Shown: positions 8,102-18,662, counted from the first letter of the stretch. The stretch: DNA of 42,268 nucleotides from Rhodoferax sp. (GCA_041737325.1 JBGSRY010000114.1:1-42268); one strand, 5' to 3'. Numbers and translations: made by a program. Notes: generated by a model from the letters alone, not told the origin.

Positions 8102-11100
8102 ATGGCCAACAATCGCATCGCCGTTTTAGTCGCCCTTGAAGGTGCCGATGAAGGGCTCAAACGCGCCCTGAATTCGGCCCAGCAAAGCCTGGGTGAGTTG
8201 GCATCGACGGCCAAGACCGCTGGCGACAAGGCCGCGCGCGGAATGGCCGAGGTCAAAGCAGGCATGTCGGCGTTTGGCGATCAGGTAGCCACTGCCAAGA
8301 CGCAGTTGTTGGCGTTTCTGTCGATCAACTGGGCGGCAGGCAAGGTGCAAGAGATCGTCCAGATCGCCGACGCGTGGAACATGATGTCAGCCAGGCTGAA
8401 GCTGGCCACCATCGGCCACAACGAATTCGCCACGGCACAAAAGGCACTGTTCGACATTGCCCAGCGTATTGGTGTGCCCATTCAGGAAACGACCACGCTG
8501 TACGGCAAGTTGCAGCAAGCGGTGCGCATGTTGGGTGGTGAGCAAAAGGACGCTTTGAGCATTACCGAGAGCATTTCGCAGGCCCTGCGGATCTCCGGTG
8601 CGTCGGCCACAGAAGCCCAGTCCTCGCTCCTGCAGTTTGGTCAGGCCCTGGCCTCTGGCGTGCTGCGCGGCGAAGAATTCAACTCCGTTGTCGAAAACAG
8701 CCCCCGCTTGGCGCAGGCTCTGGCCGACGGTTTGAATGTGCCCATTGGCCGCCTGCGCAAACTCGCCGAAGAGGGGCGACTAACTGCTGATGTGGTGGTC
8801 AATGCACTCTTGTCGCAAAAGGACAAGCTGGCAGCCGAGTACACCCAATTGCCCCAAACGGTAAGCCAAGCCTTTCAGCGGCTGCAAAACGCCTTCGGCC
8901 AGTGGGTTTCCCAAGTGGATGCGTCAACCGGCATCACCAAGAAGCTGGCAGACGCGATGACGTGGCTGGCCACCAATTTGCAAACAGTGATGCAGTGGCT
9001 TAAAACCATCGCTGAAGTGGGCTTGTCGGTCCTGATCTACCGTTTGATTCCGGCGCTGATCACCGCGTGGCAGACCGCAGGCGCAGCAGCCGTGACGGCC
9101 GCCACCGCTACCTCGGCGGCCTGGGCCACGGCCAACTTGTCGGTCACAGCCGCCGTACAGAGCTTGGGCTTGCTCAAAACCGCCTTCGCCGTGCTCGGTG
9201 CGTTTGTGGTCGGCTGGGAGATCGGTACCTGGTTGTCCGAGAAATTCGAGATCGTCCGCAAGGCGGGCATCTTCATGGTCGAGATCCTGATCAAGGCCGT
9301 TGAGCAGTTGCAGTACCGGTGGGAAGCGTTTGCAGCCATCTTCACCAACGACACGATTGATGCCGCCACCAAGCGGCACGAGTCACGTCTGGCAGAGATG
9401 AACCAGATCTTTGCCCAGATGTATGCCGACGCCACCAAGGGCTCTGACGCTGCCAAAGGCGCGATGACGACGGTGGCCAACACGGCAGAGGAAATTGCCA
9501 GACGACTTGAAGCTGTCCGGCAAGGCACACAGGAAGCCGTTGGCCGTGGTGTCGAAGCGGTCCATGCAGCGGTCGAGAAACTCAAATCCCGTCTGGGCGA
9601 GGTGGAGCAGGCAGTCTCCAAAGCCAATGGGGTCGTGACGGATGCGACTGCCAAAATGGCCGAGGCCTACAAGGGACTCACCGGCGTGGTGGAGGTCAAT
9701 CTGCAAAAGCAGGTCGATGCCGTCAAGGCCAGATACCAGCAGGAACAAACCGCGCTGGACTTGTCCAAGGCTTCTGAGTCAGCGCTGATCGCCAAATCGA
9801 CCCAGTTGTTGCTTGAGGCCTTGACCCAGCAGACAACGCTGCGCCGCCAGGCCACCACGGACACCCTCAAACTCATTGATGAAGAGTCTGCGGCCCGCAT
9901 CGCGGCGGCGGCCCGCCAGGGTTTGACCGAGGCGGAGCGCAGCGCCAACGTAACCCGGGTAGAAAACGAGATTCTGGCCACCAAGCGCCAGACCATGACG
10001 CAGGCGGCTGCCGAGTACGCGGCGCACATCAACGCTTTGAACGCCGAGGCCAACCGGCATTTGGCTGAAATCCAGCGCATCGAGGAGGCCAAACGCCAGC
10101 TGACCATGACGACGGAAGAACGCATTCGCGATATCCGCCGTCAGGGGATGACCGAATTCGAGGCCACCGAAGATCGTAAACGCCAGGTCGTCGAGTTGCA
10201 AACCAAGGCGCGTGAGGCGCTGGCCAACGGTGAGTTTGAGCAGGCACGGCAATTCGCGCAAAAGGCCATGGATTTTGCTGCCCAGGTGGCCAGCACCCAA
10301 ACGTCGGAAGCCAAGAAGGCGCAAGAGGCCAAGAAGGTCTCCGAAGGCGCCCACTCCCAGGTTGTTGCGTTGGAGGCGCAGGCGCGCGAGGCCTCTCGCA
10401 AGCAGGAGTACGACAAGGCAGCCGACCTGATGCGTCAAGCAGACACCTTGCGCGCCGAACTGGCGCAAAAGACCAAGGAATCGGACGCGGCCATTACCCA
10501 GGGTAAGGAAGGCGTCAATCGGTCCATTCAGGATATCCGCGCGTCTGAGGACATCCTCAACAAAACCCTGGATGCACAAGCCCAGGCCCACCAAAAAGCA
10601 GCCCAGGCAGCGGTGTCCGCTCGTGAGCAGATCAAGCAGACTTTGAGCGATACCGAAGCCCAGATTGACCAGATCACGAACAAGCTCAAAGATGGTTTGA
10701 AAGTCACGCTGGATGCCGACACCAGCCGTTTTGACAAAGCCATTGCTGACTTGGACAAGGCTCTGGCCGAGAAAGAACGACTCCTTCCCATCAAAGCCGA
10801 TCTTGAGCAGGCGCGAAAGCAGTTGCAGGAATTCGAGCAATTGCTGAAAGATGGAAAAACCCTGCCAGTGGGAGCGGACGTGACCCAGGCCAAACAGGCC
10901 TTGGACAAGCTGACTGCCTATGCCAAAGAGAACTCGTTGCTGGAGTTGCGGGTCACGACGGAAAAGGCCCAGGCATCCATTACCAACGTTGAGGGAATGA
11001 TTAAAGCGCTGGACCGTATTCGCACGGAGTCCCAACACAGCGTGAGCACCAATGCAGACGCTGCAAAAGGACAGATTCAGAGCCTCAATGGCATGAATAC

Positions 11101-12118
11101 GTCCAGCACCCACACGATCTATGTGACCAAGGTGGAAACCAATGCCACGGGCGGACTGGCTGGTGCTGGAATCGGCCGCTTTGCAGATGGTGGATCCGTG
11201 CCCTCACCACTTGGTGCGGCATTTACCCGCATGAGCGGTGGCTCGGTTCCGGGCTCGGGTGACCAAGACACGGTGCCACGCACGCTGGACGCAGGCGCGT
11301 TTGTGCTGCGCAAGGCGGCGGTACGCAAATACGGAAGCAATGTCCTCTCGAAACTTGCCAATGGTGTCGCACGTTTTGCCACGGGTGGCTCGGTGACACC
11401 AACGGGTCCGGCCCCCATCAAGCACAACCGCGATGCGTTCGAGGCGCAAAAGATGATCGAGCTGGGCTTGCAAGGCATGCGCGAGTACACATCGTGGCTC
11501 AGAGGTCACTATGGGACGTCGCTGAGTATCGACATGGAGTGGCAAACCATGAAGTCTTACGGCCAGCAGGCGGCGACCGACCGCCAGACACTCGAATCGC
11601 TGCCAAATCGGGCGCAGCTCACCGCGAATGAAAAACAAAAGCTGGACGCCATCAAACAGACCTGGCGCAATGCGATGGCGCAGCCGCTGGTGTACGGCAA
11701 AGACCTGGAGCGCGAGCTGATGGACTACATGGAACAACACCAGGGTGAGTTCTTCCGGGGCGGTGGGGTGGCCAAATCCGACAGTGTTCCCGCCATGCTG
11801 ACACCCGGCGAGTACGTGGTCAATCGCACAGCGGTATCCAAATTTGGCGCTGGCTTCTTTGAGTCACTGAACAACCTCTCCATGCCTGCACAGACACTGG
11901 CCAAAGGGGTTCAAGGATTCGCTACGGGTGGTTTGGTCAGCGGCGCTATGGCCAGAGGCGGCATTGATCGGCCAGTGCTCGACGCAGCAACCGGTCCCAC
12001 GCGCACGGTACGGGTGGAGCTTGCCGCCAATGGGCGCAAGGTGAACGCCCAGATCGACGAGCGTGACGAAGGTCGCTTGTTGCAGTTGCTGCAAAGCGCC
12101 CAGATGCGGGCGGCATGA
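8102..12118 (+). CDS. Tail tape measure protein
   Basis: 1338 aa, Ala/Gln-rich helical protein with tape-measure domain (QALASGVLRGEEFNSV), hydrophobic segments and C-terminal FATGG and DSVPAMLTPGEYV motifs. Confidence 0.95.
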   Translation: MANNRIAVLVALEGADEGLKRALNSAQQSLGELASTAKTAGDKAARGMAEVKAGMSAFGDQVATAKTQLLAFLSINWAAGKVQEIVQIADAWNMMSARLKLATIGHNEFATAQKALFDIAQRIGVPIQETTTLYGKLQQAVRMLGGEQKDALSITESISQALRISGASATEAQSSLLQFGQALASGVLRGEEFNSVVENSPRLAQALADGLNVPIGRLRKLAEEGRLTADVVVNALLSQKDKLAAEYTQLPQTVSQAFQRLQNAFGQWVSQVDASTGITKKLADAMTWLATNLQTVMQWLKTIAEVGLSVLIYRLIPALITAWQTAGAAAVTAATATSAAWATANLSVTAAVQSLGLLKTAFAVLGAFVVGWEIGTWLSEKFEIVRKAGIFMVEILIKAVEQLQYRWEAFAAIFTNDTIDAATKRHESRLAEMNQIFAQMYADATKGSDAAKGAMTTVANTAEEIARRLEAVRQGTQEAVGRGVEAVHAAVEKLKSRLGEVEQAVSKANGVVTDATAKMAEAYKGLTGVVEVNLQKQVDAVKARYQQEQTALDLSKASESALIAKSTQLLLEALTQQTTLRRQATTDTLKLIDEESAARIAAAARQGLTEAERSANVTRVENEILATKRQTMTQAAAEYAAHINALNAEANRHLAEIQRIEEAKRQLTMTTEERIRDIRRQGMTEFEATEDRKRQVVELQTKAREALANGEFEQARQFAQKAMDFAAQVASTQTSEAKKAQEAKKVSEGAHSQVVALEAQAREASRKQEYDKAADLMRQADTLRAELAQKTKESDAAITQGKEGVNRSIQDIRASEDILNKTLDAQAQAHQKAAQAAVSAREQIKQTLSDTEAQIDQITNKLKDGLKVTLDADTSRFDKAIADLDKALAEKERLLPIKADLEQARKQLQEFEQLLKDGKTLPVGADVTQAKQALDKLTAYAKENSLLELRVTTEKAQASITNVEGMIKALDRIRTESQHSVSTNADAAKGQIQSLNGMNTSSTHTIYVTKVETNATGGLAGAGIGRFADGGSVPSPLGAAFTRMSGGSVPGSGDQDTVPRTLDAGAFVLRKAAVRKYGSNVLSKLANGVARFATGGSVTPTGPAPIKHNRDAFEAQKMIELGLQGMREYTSWLRGHYGTSLSIDMEWQTMKSYGQQAATDRQTLESLPNRAQLTANEKQKLDAIKQTWRNAMAQPLVYGKDLERELMDYMEQHQGEFFRGGGVAKSDSVPAMLTPGEYVVNRTAVSKFGAGFFESLNNLSMPAQTLAKGVQGFATGGLVSGAMARGGIDRPVLDAATGPTRTVRVELAANGRKVNAQIDERDEGRLLQLLQSAQMRAA

Positions 12119-12164
12119 AGCGCGCTGCTTGAACGCTTCAATTTCACTCAACTCATTTTTTATC

Positions 12165-12572
12165 ATGCTATTTACCAACCTCTCGGACGGGGTATCCCTT
12201 TCCCTGCCCGACGATCTCCTGTGGAGTGACGAGCACAGCTGGAGTCCCGCTCTGTCCTCCGTTTCCTACCTGCTCAACGGCGCACTACTGGTGCAGTCAG
12301 CCTTGCGCCAGGCCGGTCGTCCGATCACCCTGGTGGGAGCGGTGGACATGGCCTGGATCACGCGTGCCGTGCTGGGCCAGTTGCACGCATGGGCAGGAGT
12401 TCCTCTTTCTGCGAATGCCGGTCGCTTCACGTTGACGCTGGCCGATGGGCGAGCTTTCCCGGTTGCCTTTCGCCATGGCGAGACGGCCATCGAGTCCGAA
12501 CCGGTGACGGGCTTTCCCGCACGGCTGGACTCTGACTTTTATCGCATCACCGTGCGGCTGATGCAAATCTGA
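12165..12572 (+). CDS. Distal tail-like protein
   Basis: LPDDLxWxDExxW, GALxVQ and GRPITL motifs, first gene after the tape measure. ATG at 12165. Confidence 0.65.
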   Translation: MLFTNLSDGVSLSLPDDLLWSDEHSWSPALSSVSYLLNGALLVQSALRQAGRPITLVGAVDMAWITRAVLGQLHAWAGVPLSANAGRFTLTLADGRAFPVAFRHGETAIESEPVTGFPARLDSDFYRITVRLMQI

Positions 12573-12591
12573 AATTCGGGAGAAAAGAAAA

Positions 12592-15500
12592 ATGGCAATT
12601 CTGACGGGCGACATCAAGTTGGTCGCCTCACAAGTGATGCTTGATGTACCTGAAGGTGGTGGTGCGCCCACTTCCAAGGTCATCCTGGACGCAACCAGTA
12701 ACGCGATCTTTCCGGACATTTCCGAGTTGGATCGCTCAGGTGGCCGGGTGAATCTGCGCAAAGTGCATGTGAGTGTGCAGACCCCAGACACCGATACCTA
12801 CCTCGGCTGCAACGTCATCGTGGCAGACCCGCCCAGTGATCCGAACGTGAGCGTCACGCTGTTCAGCACCAAGGAAATCTTTGACCGGCGCGACTCGGCC
12901 AAGAAGCGCGTCGAAGCCTATCTGGCTCCTGGCCCGGCCTGGGGCGGCTTCCTGTTCGAGAACCACATCATCGGCCAGCGCTCTATCCAGCTTTTTCAGA
13001 TGCCCAATAGCACCGCACCAGAGGTTGGACACACGCTCTTGATTGTGCAAAACGAAGGTTTAAGTACCGAAAAACTCCAGTACGTGCGGGTAACGCGTAC
13101 CGCCTCTGTGCTGCGTACCTTCATCAAGGACAACGGGCAGGAATACAAGGCCCTGATCGTCACGGCCGATCTGAGTGATGCGCTTCGCTACGACTTCATT
13201 GGCTCACCACCCAGCGAATTCTTCCGCAAAACGCCTGCCTCCGCCCTGGTGCGCGACACCACGGTGGCCGATGCCGCACAGTACTTTGGTGTGGTGCCAC
13301 TGACCGAAGCAGTGAGCATGGGTAGTTTGAGTGCCAAGGCAAAGTCCATTTTCACGCAGCTGGTGCCCAGTGCGCAGACGGAAATTCCCGTCATTGATGC
13401 GAATGCCGCTGGTGAATACGACACGGTGGTGGATGCCTCCAATGGCTTTGTGAGCATCACCACGTCCATTGGTTTCAATCCGAACGTGGCGCTGTACTTT
13501 GGCAACCCGGTGTTTCCCGGCACCCTCAATATTGCCTATTCGGGTGGGGCACTGACCGATGCTTCGGGCGATCTGCTGCAGGGAACGACCGTGATTGGCA
13601 CGGTGGACTATGCGCGCGGAACCGCAACCTTGGCACCGTCATCCCCGTCGATCGGTGGCACAAAGACGATTACCTACAAAGCCGCTGGCGCGCCGCTGCA
13701 GTTGGCGGATTCGGCAGGCATCTTTGTTTCACAAGAAACGCGCGCCTACAACTACATCCAAACCATCAGTCCACCGCCAGCGCCCGCCACAACGCGGGTG
13801 AGCTACCGCTCCAACGGCAAATGGTACGACTTGCGCGACAACGGCGGGGGCAAGCTGGTGGGCTCGGACGTGGCGTTTGGTGCGGGAACCGTGAGCTACG
13901 TCACCGGCACGGTGGCTGTCACCTTGGGTGCGCTGCCCGATGTAGGTGGCGAAATCATCCTGAACTGGGGCTCCCGGGTGAATTACATCAACCGCGCTGC
14001 CGCCAGCCTAACGCCCCTAAAAATCCCACTCCAATTGGCGCAAACAGGCATTACGCCGGGTACGGTTGTCATCACCTGGAACGATGGCAACGCCCGCACG
14101 GCCTCAGATGATGGCAAGGGCAACATCACCGGCAGCGCGACAGGCACCATCCGGTACCAGACCGGTCTGATCAATCTGCAGCCAACCCTGTTACCAGCGG
14201 GCGGCCAGATCTACACCGTGGACTACGCTTTCGGGCCACCCGATGTGCAGGAGTTCCCGGCGCCGCTGCGCGATATCAATGGCCATGTGCCTCTGAGCCT
14301 GAGTAAGGCCAACTTGCGCCCGAACACCGTGGAGGTGACCTGGAACCTGCTCTACAACCCGTATGACCCGGTCACCATGACGATGTTTCCTTCGCGCGAC
14401 CCCTACAAGACAGTGCGTGACGATGGGCTGGGGCATCTGCGGGACACGCTGGGTGCTGACCACGGCACGGTGGACTACACCACCGGGATCCTCAGCCTCA
14501 AGACAGAAACCACGGTTGGTATGCCCCGGGCCCTGTATGCCTGGGTTTCCCTTGGAAATTCGCCGCAGGGCTTTGCCATGCGCCGGTGGCTGTTCCAGGG
14601 TTGGGAATACTTCCCCGTCGGTGCCAATATGCCCAACGACGAGTCGGCACACGTGAGCGTCAAGTACCGCACCATGGATGCGGATTCTTCCGTCAGTGTC
14701 CCGATTGCCACTGGTGCACTCAAGTTTGACTTGACCAACCAATATTCCGAGAACATCGTTCCGGGCAGCGTCAACTTCACGATGGGCGGCAAGACCTACT
14801 TTGACCGCGCAGGCAACCTTTACTACAACCTCGATGTTGCCACGGGCAATGCCACCAAGGCGGGCACACTCAACTACCAGTCGGGCGAGGTGACCCTGGA
14901 TGCCTGGACCACTGGGGCCAGTGCGGCGGTGGCCGTCAAATCGGTTCTGACCTCAATGGATGGCCATCCGGTTGATGAGGTGACGTTCCGTGCGCCGGTG
15001 GCCCCTTTGCGTACCGGGTCCGTGCAGGTGCTGGCAACACGCCTGGCCGGTGGGCTGGTGAATGTCTCGGCCAACACATCTGGCGACTTCATTGGAGTCG
15101 ATGTCTCCGGCCATGTGGACTATGAGACGGGTGTGGTGCGCCTGCGTTTTGGCGCTTATGTGGTGGCCGCTGGCAATGAGACAGAAGTTTGGTACTCGCA
15201 AACCGGGGTCGGAACCGATGGCAAGATCTTCAAACCCGCTCCGGTGTTTGCCAACACCATTCGCTTCAACGCCGTGGGTTTCACGTATTTGCCATTGGAT
15301 GCGGACATCCTCGGACTCGACCCGGTCCGCCTGCCGCAAGACGGCAAGGTGTCGATCTTTCGTCCCGGTGGCTTTGCCGTGCTGGGCCACACCGCCAGCA
15401 TCACGGCGACGGTCTCCAATGGCCAGGTAATCAACTGCGCACGGGTGCGCTTGAGCCGGGTACGTGTGATTGGTGCGGACGGCAATGTCATCAATACTGG

Positions 15501-16155
15501 CTACACCGCAGACCTGGAGGCTGGCACGGTGACGTTCACGTCGGTCAGCGGCTACGTGCAGCCAGTGGTGGTGGAGCACCGGATTGAGGACATGGTGCAA
15601 GTCTCCGATGTCCAGATCAATGGCCAACTGGCGTTCACCCGCCAGGTGACCCATGCCTATCCGTATCCAGGCAGCTTTATCTCCAGCGCGCTGGTGGCGC
15701 AGGACTTAAAGGCCCGAGTCTCCGTATTCTTTGACCAAGCCACCTGGGACTCGGTGACCTATGCCGATGCGGTCACTGGATCGGTTGCGCCGGGTACCTA
15801 CAACGACATCTTGGCACCCCTGATCGTGACCAACAACGGGGCGGTGACTGAGAAATGGGCCTTGCGCTTTACCAATACCACCACCTTTGAGGTGATTGGT
15901 GAGCACGTCGGCACCATCTCCAACGGGAACATCACCACCGACACCTCTCCGATCAACCCCGCGACAGGCAGCCCGTATTTCACGATCAAGGGCATTGGCT
16001 GGGGCAGCGGTTGGGCGGTGGGCAACGTGCTGCGCTTTAACACCGTGGGTGCGCTGTTTCCGGTCTGGATCGTTCGCACGATTCAGCAGGGCCCCGAGAG
16101 TGTCATCAACGACAAATTCACCATCCTCGTCCGTGGTGACGTGGACCGTCCGTGA
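12592..16155 (+). CDS. Large tail tip/virion structural protein with repeated beta modules
   Basis: 1187 aa, N-terminal FPDISELDRxxGRVxLRK, and about seven GTV(D/N)YxTGxxxL repeats. Confidence 0.8.
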   Translation: MAILTGDIKLVASQVMLDVPEGGGAPTSKVILDATSNAIFPDISELDRSGGRVNLRKVHVSVQTPDTDTYLGCNVIVADPPSDPNVSVTLFSTKEIFDRRDSAKKRVEAYLAPGPAWGGFLFENHIIGQRSIQLFQMPNSTAPEVGHTLLIVQNEGLSTEKLQYVRVTRTASVLRTFIKDNGQEYKALIVTADLSDALRYDFIGSPPSEFFRKTPASALVRDTTVADAAQYFGVVPLTEAVSMGSLSAKAKSIFTQLVPSAQTEIPVIDANAAGEYDTVVDASNGFVSITTSIGFNPNVALYFGNPVFPGTLNIAYSGGALTDASGDLLQGTTVIGTVDYARGTATLAPSSPSIGGTKTITYKAAGAPLQLADSAGIFVSQETRAYNYIQTISPPPAPATTRVSYRSNGKWYDLRDNGGGKLVGSDVAFGAGTVSYVTGTVAVTLGALPDVGGEIILNWGSRVNYINRAAASLTPLKIPLQLAQTGITPGTVVITWNDGNARTASDDGKGNITGSATGTIRYQTGLINLQPTLLPAGGQIYTVDYAFGPPDVQEFPAPLRDINGHVPLSLSKANLRPNTVEVTWNLLYNPYDPVTMTMFPSRDPYKTVRDDGLGHLRDTLGADHGTVDYTTGILSLKTETTVGMPRALYAWVSLGNSPQGFAMRRWLFQGWEYFPVGANMPNDESAHVSVKYRTMDADSSVSVPIATGALKFDLTNQYSENIVPGSVNFTMGGKTYFDRAGNLYYNLDVATGNATKAGTLNYQSGEVTLDAWTTGASAAVAVKSVLTSMDGHPVDEVTFRAPVAPLRTGSVQVLATRLAGGLVNVSANTSGDFIGVDVSGHVDYETGVVRLRFGAYVVAAGNETEVWYSQTGVGTDGKIFKPAPVFANTIRFNAVGFTYLPLDADILGLDPVRLPQDGKVSIFRPGGFAVLGHTASITATVSNGQVINCARVRLSRVRVIGADGNVINTGYTADLEAGTVTFTSVSGYVQPVVVEHRIEDMVQVSDVQINGQLAFTRQVTHAYPYPGSFISSALVAQDLKARVSVFFDQATWDSVTYADAVTGSVAPGTYNDILAPLIVTNNGAVTEKWALRFTNTTTFEVIGEHVGTISNGNITTDTSPINPATGSPYFTIKGIGWGSGWAVGNVLRFNTVGALFPVWIVRTIQQGPESVINDKFTILVRGDVDRP

Positions 16156-16191
16156 TTCAACCTTCCATAGTTTCAATTTCTAGGAATCAGC

Positions 16192-17460
16192 ATGACAACG
16201 ATTGCCGTTAAACACTACAACTCAGGCATGCAAGGTGCCCCCCAGCTGGCAAACGCATGGGGAGACATGACAGCGCTTTTGGACGCGGTCCTTGTCGACG
16301 GCTTCAACTTGCGCACCATTGACATTTTGACCTTTGCAGACGGCGTCGCAACCGCCCGAGTCAACGCAGGGCATTTGTACTTGATCGATCAAGTAGTGTT
16401 GATTGAGGGTGCAAATCAGACGGAGTACAACGGAGAGGTACGGGTTCTCAGCACGACCTCGCTGGAGTTCACTTATGCCGTGGTCGGCACGCCTGTCACA
16501 CCGGCCACCGGCTCACTCAGCGTCAAGGTGGCTCCCCTGAATTTTGAGAAGGCGTTCAGTGCCACGAATAAGCGGGTCTATCGCAGCAAGAACGTCCTGA
16601 GCAATCGCCCGTACTTGCGCGTGGACAACTCGCTGGATCCGTCCTACACCACGACCTATGCTAAGAAGGCCAAGGTCTTGATGGCCGAGAACATGTCGGA
16701 TATCGACACGGTGGTGGGTGCGCAGGCACCGTTTGATCCCAATAAGCCCCTTCAAAACACGGTCGGAACTGGCACTGGCGGCGGTGCAGTGGACGGTTGG
16801 TACAAGTGGTACCACTCCCGTAGTGATCAGAACAGTTCAGAGAGCTCGGGTGGAAGCGGCGGCAACAAGAACTGGGTGCTCATTGGTGACGACCGGGGCT
16901 TTTACTTGTTCAACGAGTGGCAGGTCGCCGTTTATGGCCGTGTTGGTTATTTCTTTACCGACTTCGCCAGCTTCCGCCAGGGTGATGCCTACAACACGCT
17001 GCTCACCGCAACGGACTCGTATATCGCCGCAAGCTCCAACATGGGCTACAACGGCGTTGACTACCAAAGCTACTGCAACCGGTCGCTGGACTTCACCGGC
17101 AAGGTGCTCATGCGGGACCACATGCAAGTCGGGGGTAATATCCGGGCCGGATTCCTGGCACTCAACACTAACAACGCCCAGCAGATTACCGGGTACAGCA
17201 CGTCCGTGCCCTGGCCCAACGGACCGGACTACGGTTTGATTCTGCATCCAGTGTATTTGCGCCACGAGTCTCCTGGTCACCTGCGCGGCAAGATGCCAGG
17301 GATTTTCTGGGTGCACAACGACAGCCCGATGGCGGACCTCAATGTGGTCAGCGGCGTGGTCGGCTACTCCGGTCGCAAATTCCTGATCGTCTGCAACAGC
17401 TACAGCACGGCAGGTCAAGTGGCGCGTTACGCGTTTGACATCACAGGCCCTTGGTGGTGA
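16192..17460 (+). CDS. Virion structural / tail fibre-associated protein
   Basis: GAPQL...LDAVLVxG N-terminus, WxLIGDxxGFY, LRGxxPG, and FDITGPW C-terminus typical of siphovirus tail-tip cluster genes. Confidence 0.7.
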   Translation: MTTIAVKHYNSGMQGAPQLANAWGDMTALLDAVLVDGFNLRTIDILTFADGVATARVNAGHLYLIDQVVLIEGANQTEYNGEVRVLSTTSLEFTYAVVGTPVTPATGSLSVKVAPLNFEKAFSATNKRVYRSKNVLSNRPYLRVDNSLDPSYTTTYAKKAKVLMAENMSDIDTVVGAQAPFDPNKPLQNTVGTGTGGGAVDGWYKWYHSRSDQNSSESSGGSGGNKNWVLIGDDRGFYLFNEWQVAVYGRVGYFFTDFASFRQGDAYNTLLTATDSYIAASSNMGYNGVDYQSYCNRSLDFTGKVLMRDHMQVGGNIRAGFLALNTNNAQQITGYSTSVPWPNGPDYGLILHPVYLRHESPGHLRGKMPGIFWVHNDSPMADLNVVSGVVGYSGRKFLIVCNSYSTAGQVARYAFDITGPWW

Positions 17461-17463
17461 GCC

Positions 17464-18567
17464 ATGGCCTGGTGGAATTCGATTTCGACGCTGACTGCGC
17501 TGGCGGCGTGGGACGCCATTGAAACTGAGAGTAATGGCTTTGCAACCGATATGTCGGGCAATTCGCACCACGCCAATTTCAGTGGTGCCCCCCGTATGGC
17601 AGTGGTCAACGGCACACAGGTCAGTCAGTACATCAAGTGCCCCGGTGGCAATACGGGTTTTAGCCACTCGGTTGTGACGATTCCCCCGACAGGGGTTCTC
17701 TTTGCGCTGGTGACTGATGTTCGGGCCACCATCATGCTGTTCTCCAATTACGCTTCCAATACCGTTCACGGCTGTCTGCTCGACACCAGTGATTCCTCTG
17801 GCGCTCCCTATGGCGTGATACGCAATGCAGGCAATGTAGGTCAGGCCGTATTGCCAACGCAAGTGTCCAGCCCGACCTTGTTTTGCATCGTGTTCACGCC
17901 TACGCAGTTCCAGTTTTTATACAAAGGTGCGTGGCTTGGCAATGTGCAGTCGGCGAATTTCTCCACCATCTTGCCAACCACCATGGGGTCAACGTGGCCC
18001 TCGACATGGGGCCCCAACTGTTCGGTGGGTGGCATCGGGATCTTTGCTGGAACAGCCACGCTGGCAGAGATCAATGCCATGGACTCCCAGCTTAGGGGCA
18101 AGCTGTACCTTGGATCTCCGTCGTTTCGTGGTCTGCTGCCCAGCGAGCAAAGGCTCTCAATGGCGGTGCCCGAGGCGGTTGCATCCAGTGTCCCAGGCGC
18201 GCGGTTTGTTACAGGGGTAGGAAGACGCGACTCCAGCATCGTGGAAGCACAGAGTCCTGGCGGCGCTGTTGGGCGTCACCTGGGGCTACAAATTGCCCGT
18301 CGCAATGCATACCAGGGTGGCAACGGCCGAATCGTCGGAAGCGTTGCCATCAAGGGTTCTCCAAATGCGCCCGTGCAGCGCCGTGTGCGCCTCTTTAATG
18401 AAAAAACCGGGGTGTTAGTGCGTGAGGTGTTCAGCGACCCTGTGACTGGTGCTTACGAGTTTTTGTACGTCAGCATGGACCACAAATACACGGTCGTGAC
18501 TTTTGATTACGACAACAACTACCGGGCCGTGGTGGCTGACAACATCACCGCGGAGTTTGCGCCATGA
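17464..18567 (+). CDS. Putative receptor-binding protein (variable lectin-like N-terminus, conserved beta-sandwich C-terminus)
   Basis: DxSGNxxH start suggests a LamG/ConA-like fold. C-terminal RRVRL...RExxSDxxTGxYxF domain. Confidence 0.55.
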   Translation: MAWWNSISTLTALAAWDAIETESNGFATDMSGNSHHANFSGAPRMAVVNGTQVSQYIKCPGGNTGFSHSVVTIPPTGVLFALVTDVRATIMLFSNYASNTVHGCLLDTSDSSGAPYGVIRNAGNVGQAVLPTQVSSPTLFCIVFTPTQFQFLYKGAWLGNVQSANFSTILPTTMGSTWPSTWGPNCSVGGIGIFAGTATLAEINAMDSQLRGKLYLGSPSFRGLLPSEQRLSMAVPEAVASSVPGARFVTGVGRRDSSIVEAQSPGGAVGRHLGLQIARRNAYQGGNGRIVGSVAIKGSPNAPVQRRVRLFNEKTGVLVREVFSDPVTGAYEFLYVSMDHKYTVVTFDYDNNYRAVVADNITAEFAP

Positions 18568-18662
18568 CCCTGTCCGTGTCCTTTGATCTGAAGAACGCCA
18601 GGCTCAGCGCGGTGGTTGCCTTTCTTGACACAGGTGCCGGTGTGGCCAGGGTGCGAATCTAA
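18564..18662 (+). pseudogene. Truncated phage tail gene (32 codons)
   Basis: ATGA-coupled start. MTLSVSFDLKNARLSAVVAFLDTGAGVARVRI* stops exactly where the sequence switches to low-GC hsdS. Confidence 0.75.

Larger units (their letters stand above)
1..18662 (+). mobile_element. Defective lambda-like (siphovirus) prophage, head-tail region; continues left of the window, right end deleted
   Basis: Contiguous co-oriented gpW, portal, S49 protease, decoration, capsid, tail and tape measure genes. The last gene is truncated at 18662 and no holin or endolysin follows. Confidence 0.93.

Noticed and set aside
9779-11113. Long antisense ORFs (for example 9779-11113, 34903-36165, 37829-39232, 40685-41527)
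   Set aside because: They are shadows of strongly biased GC-rich sense genes and have no recognisable motifs.
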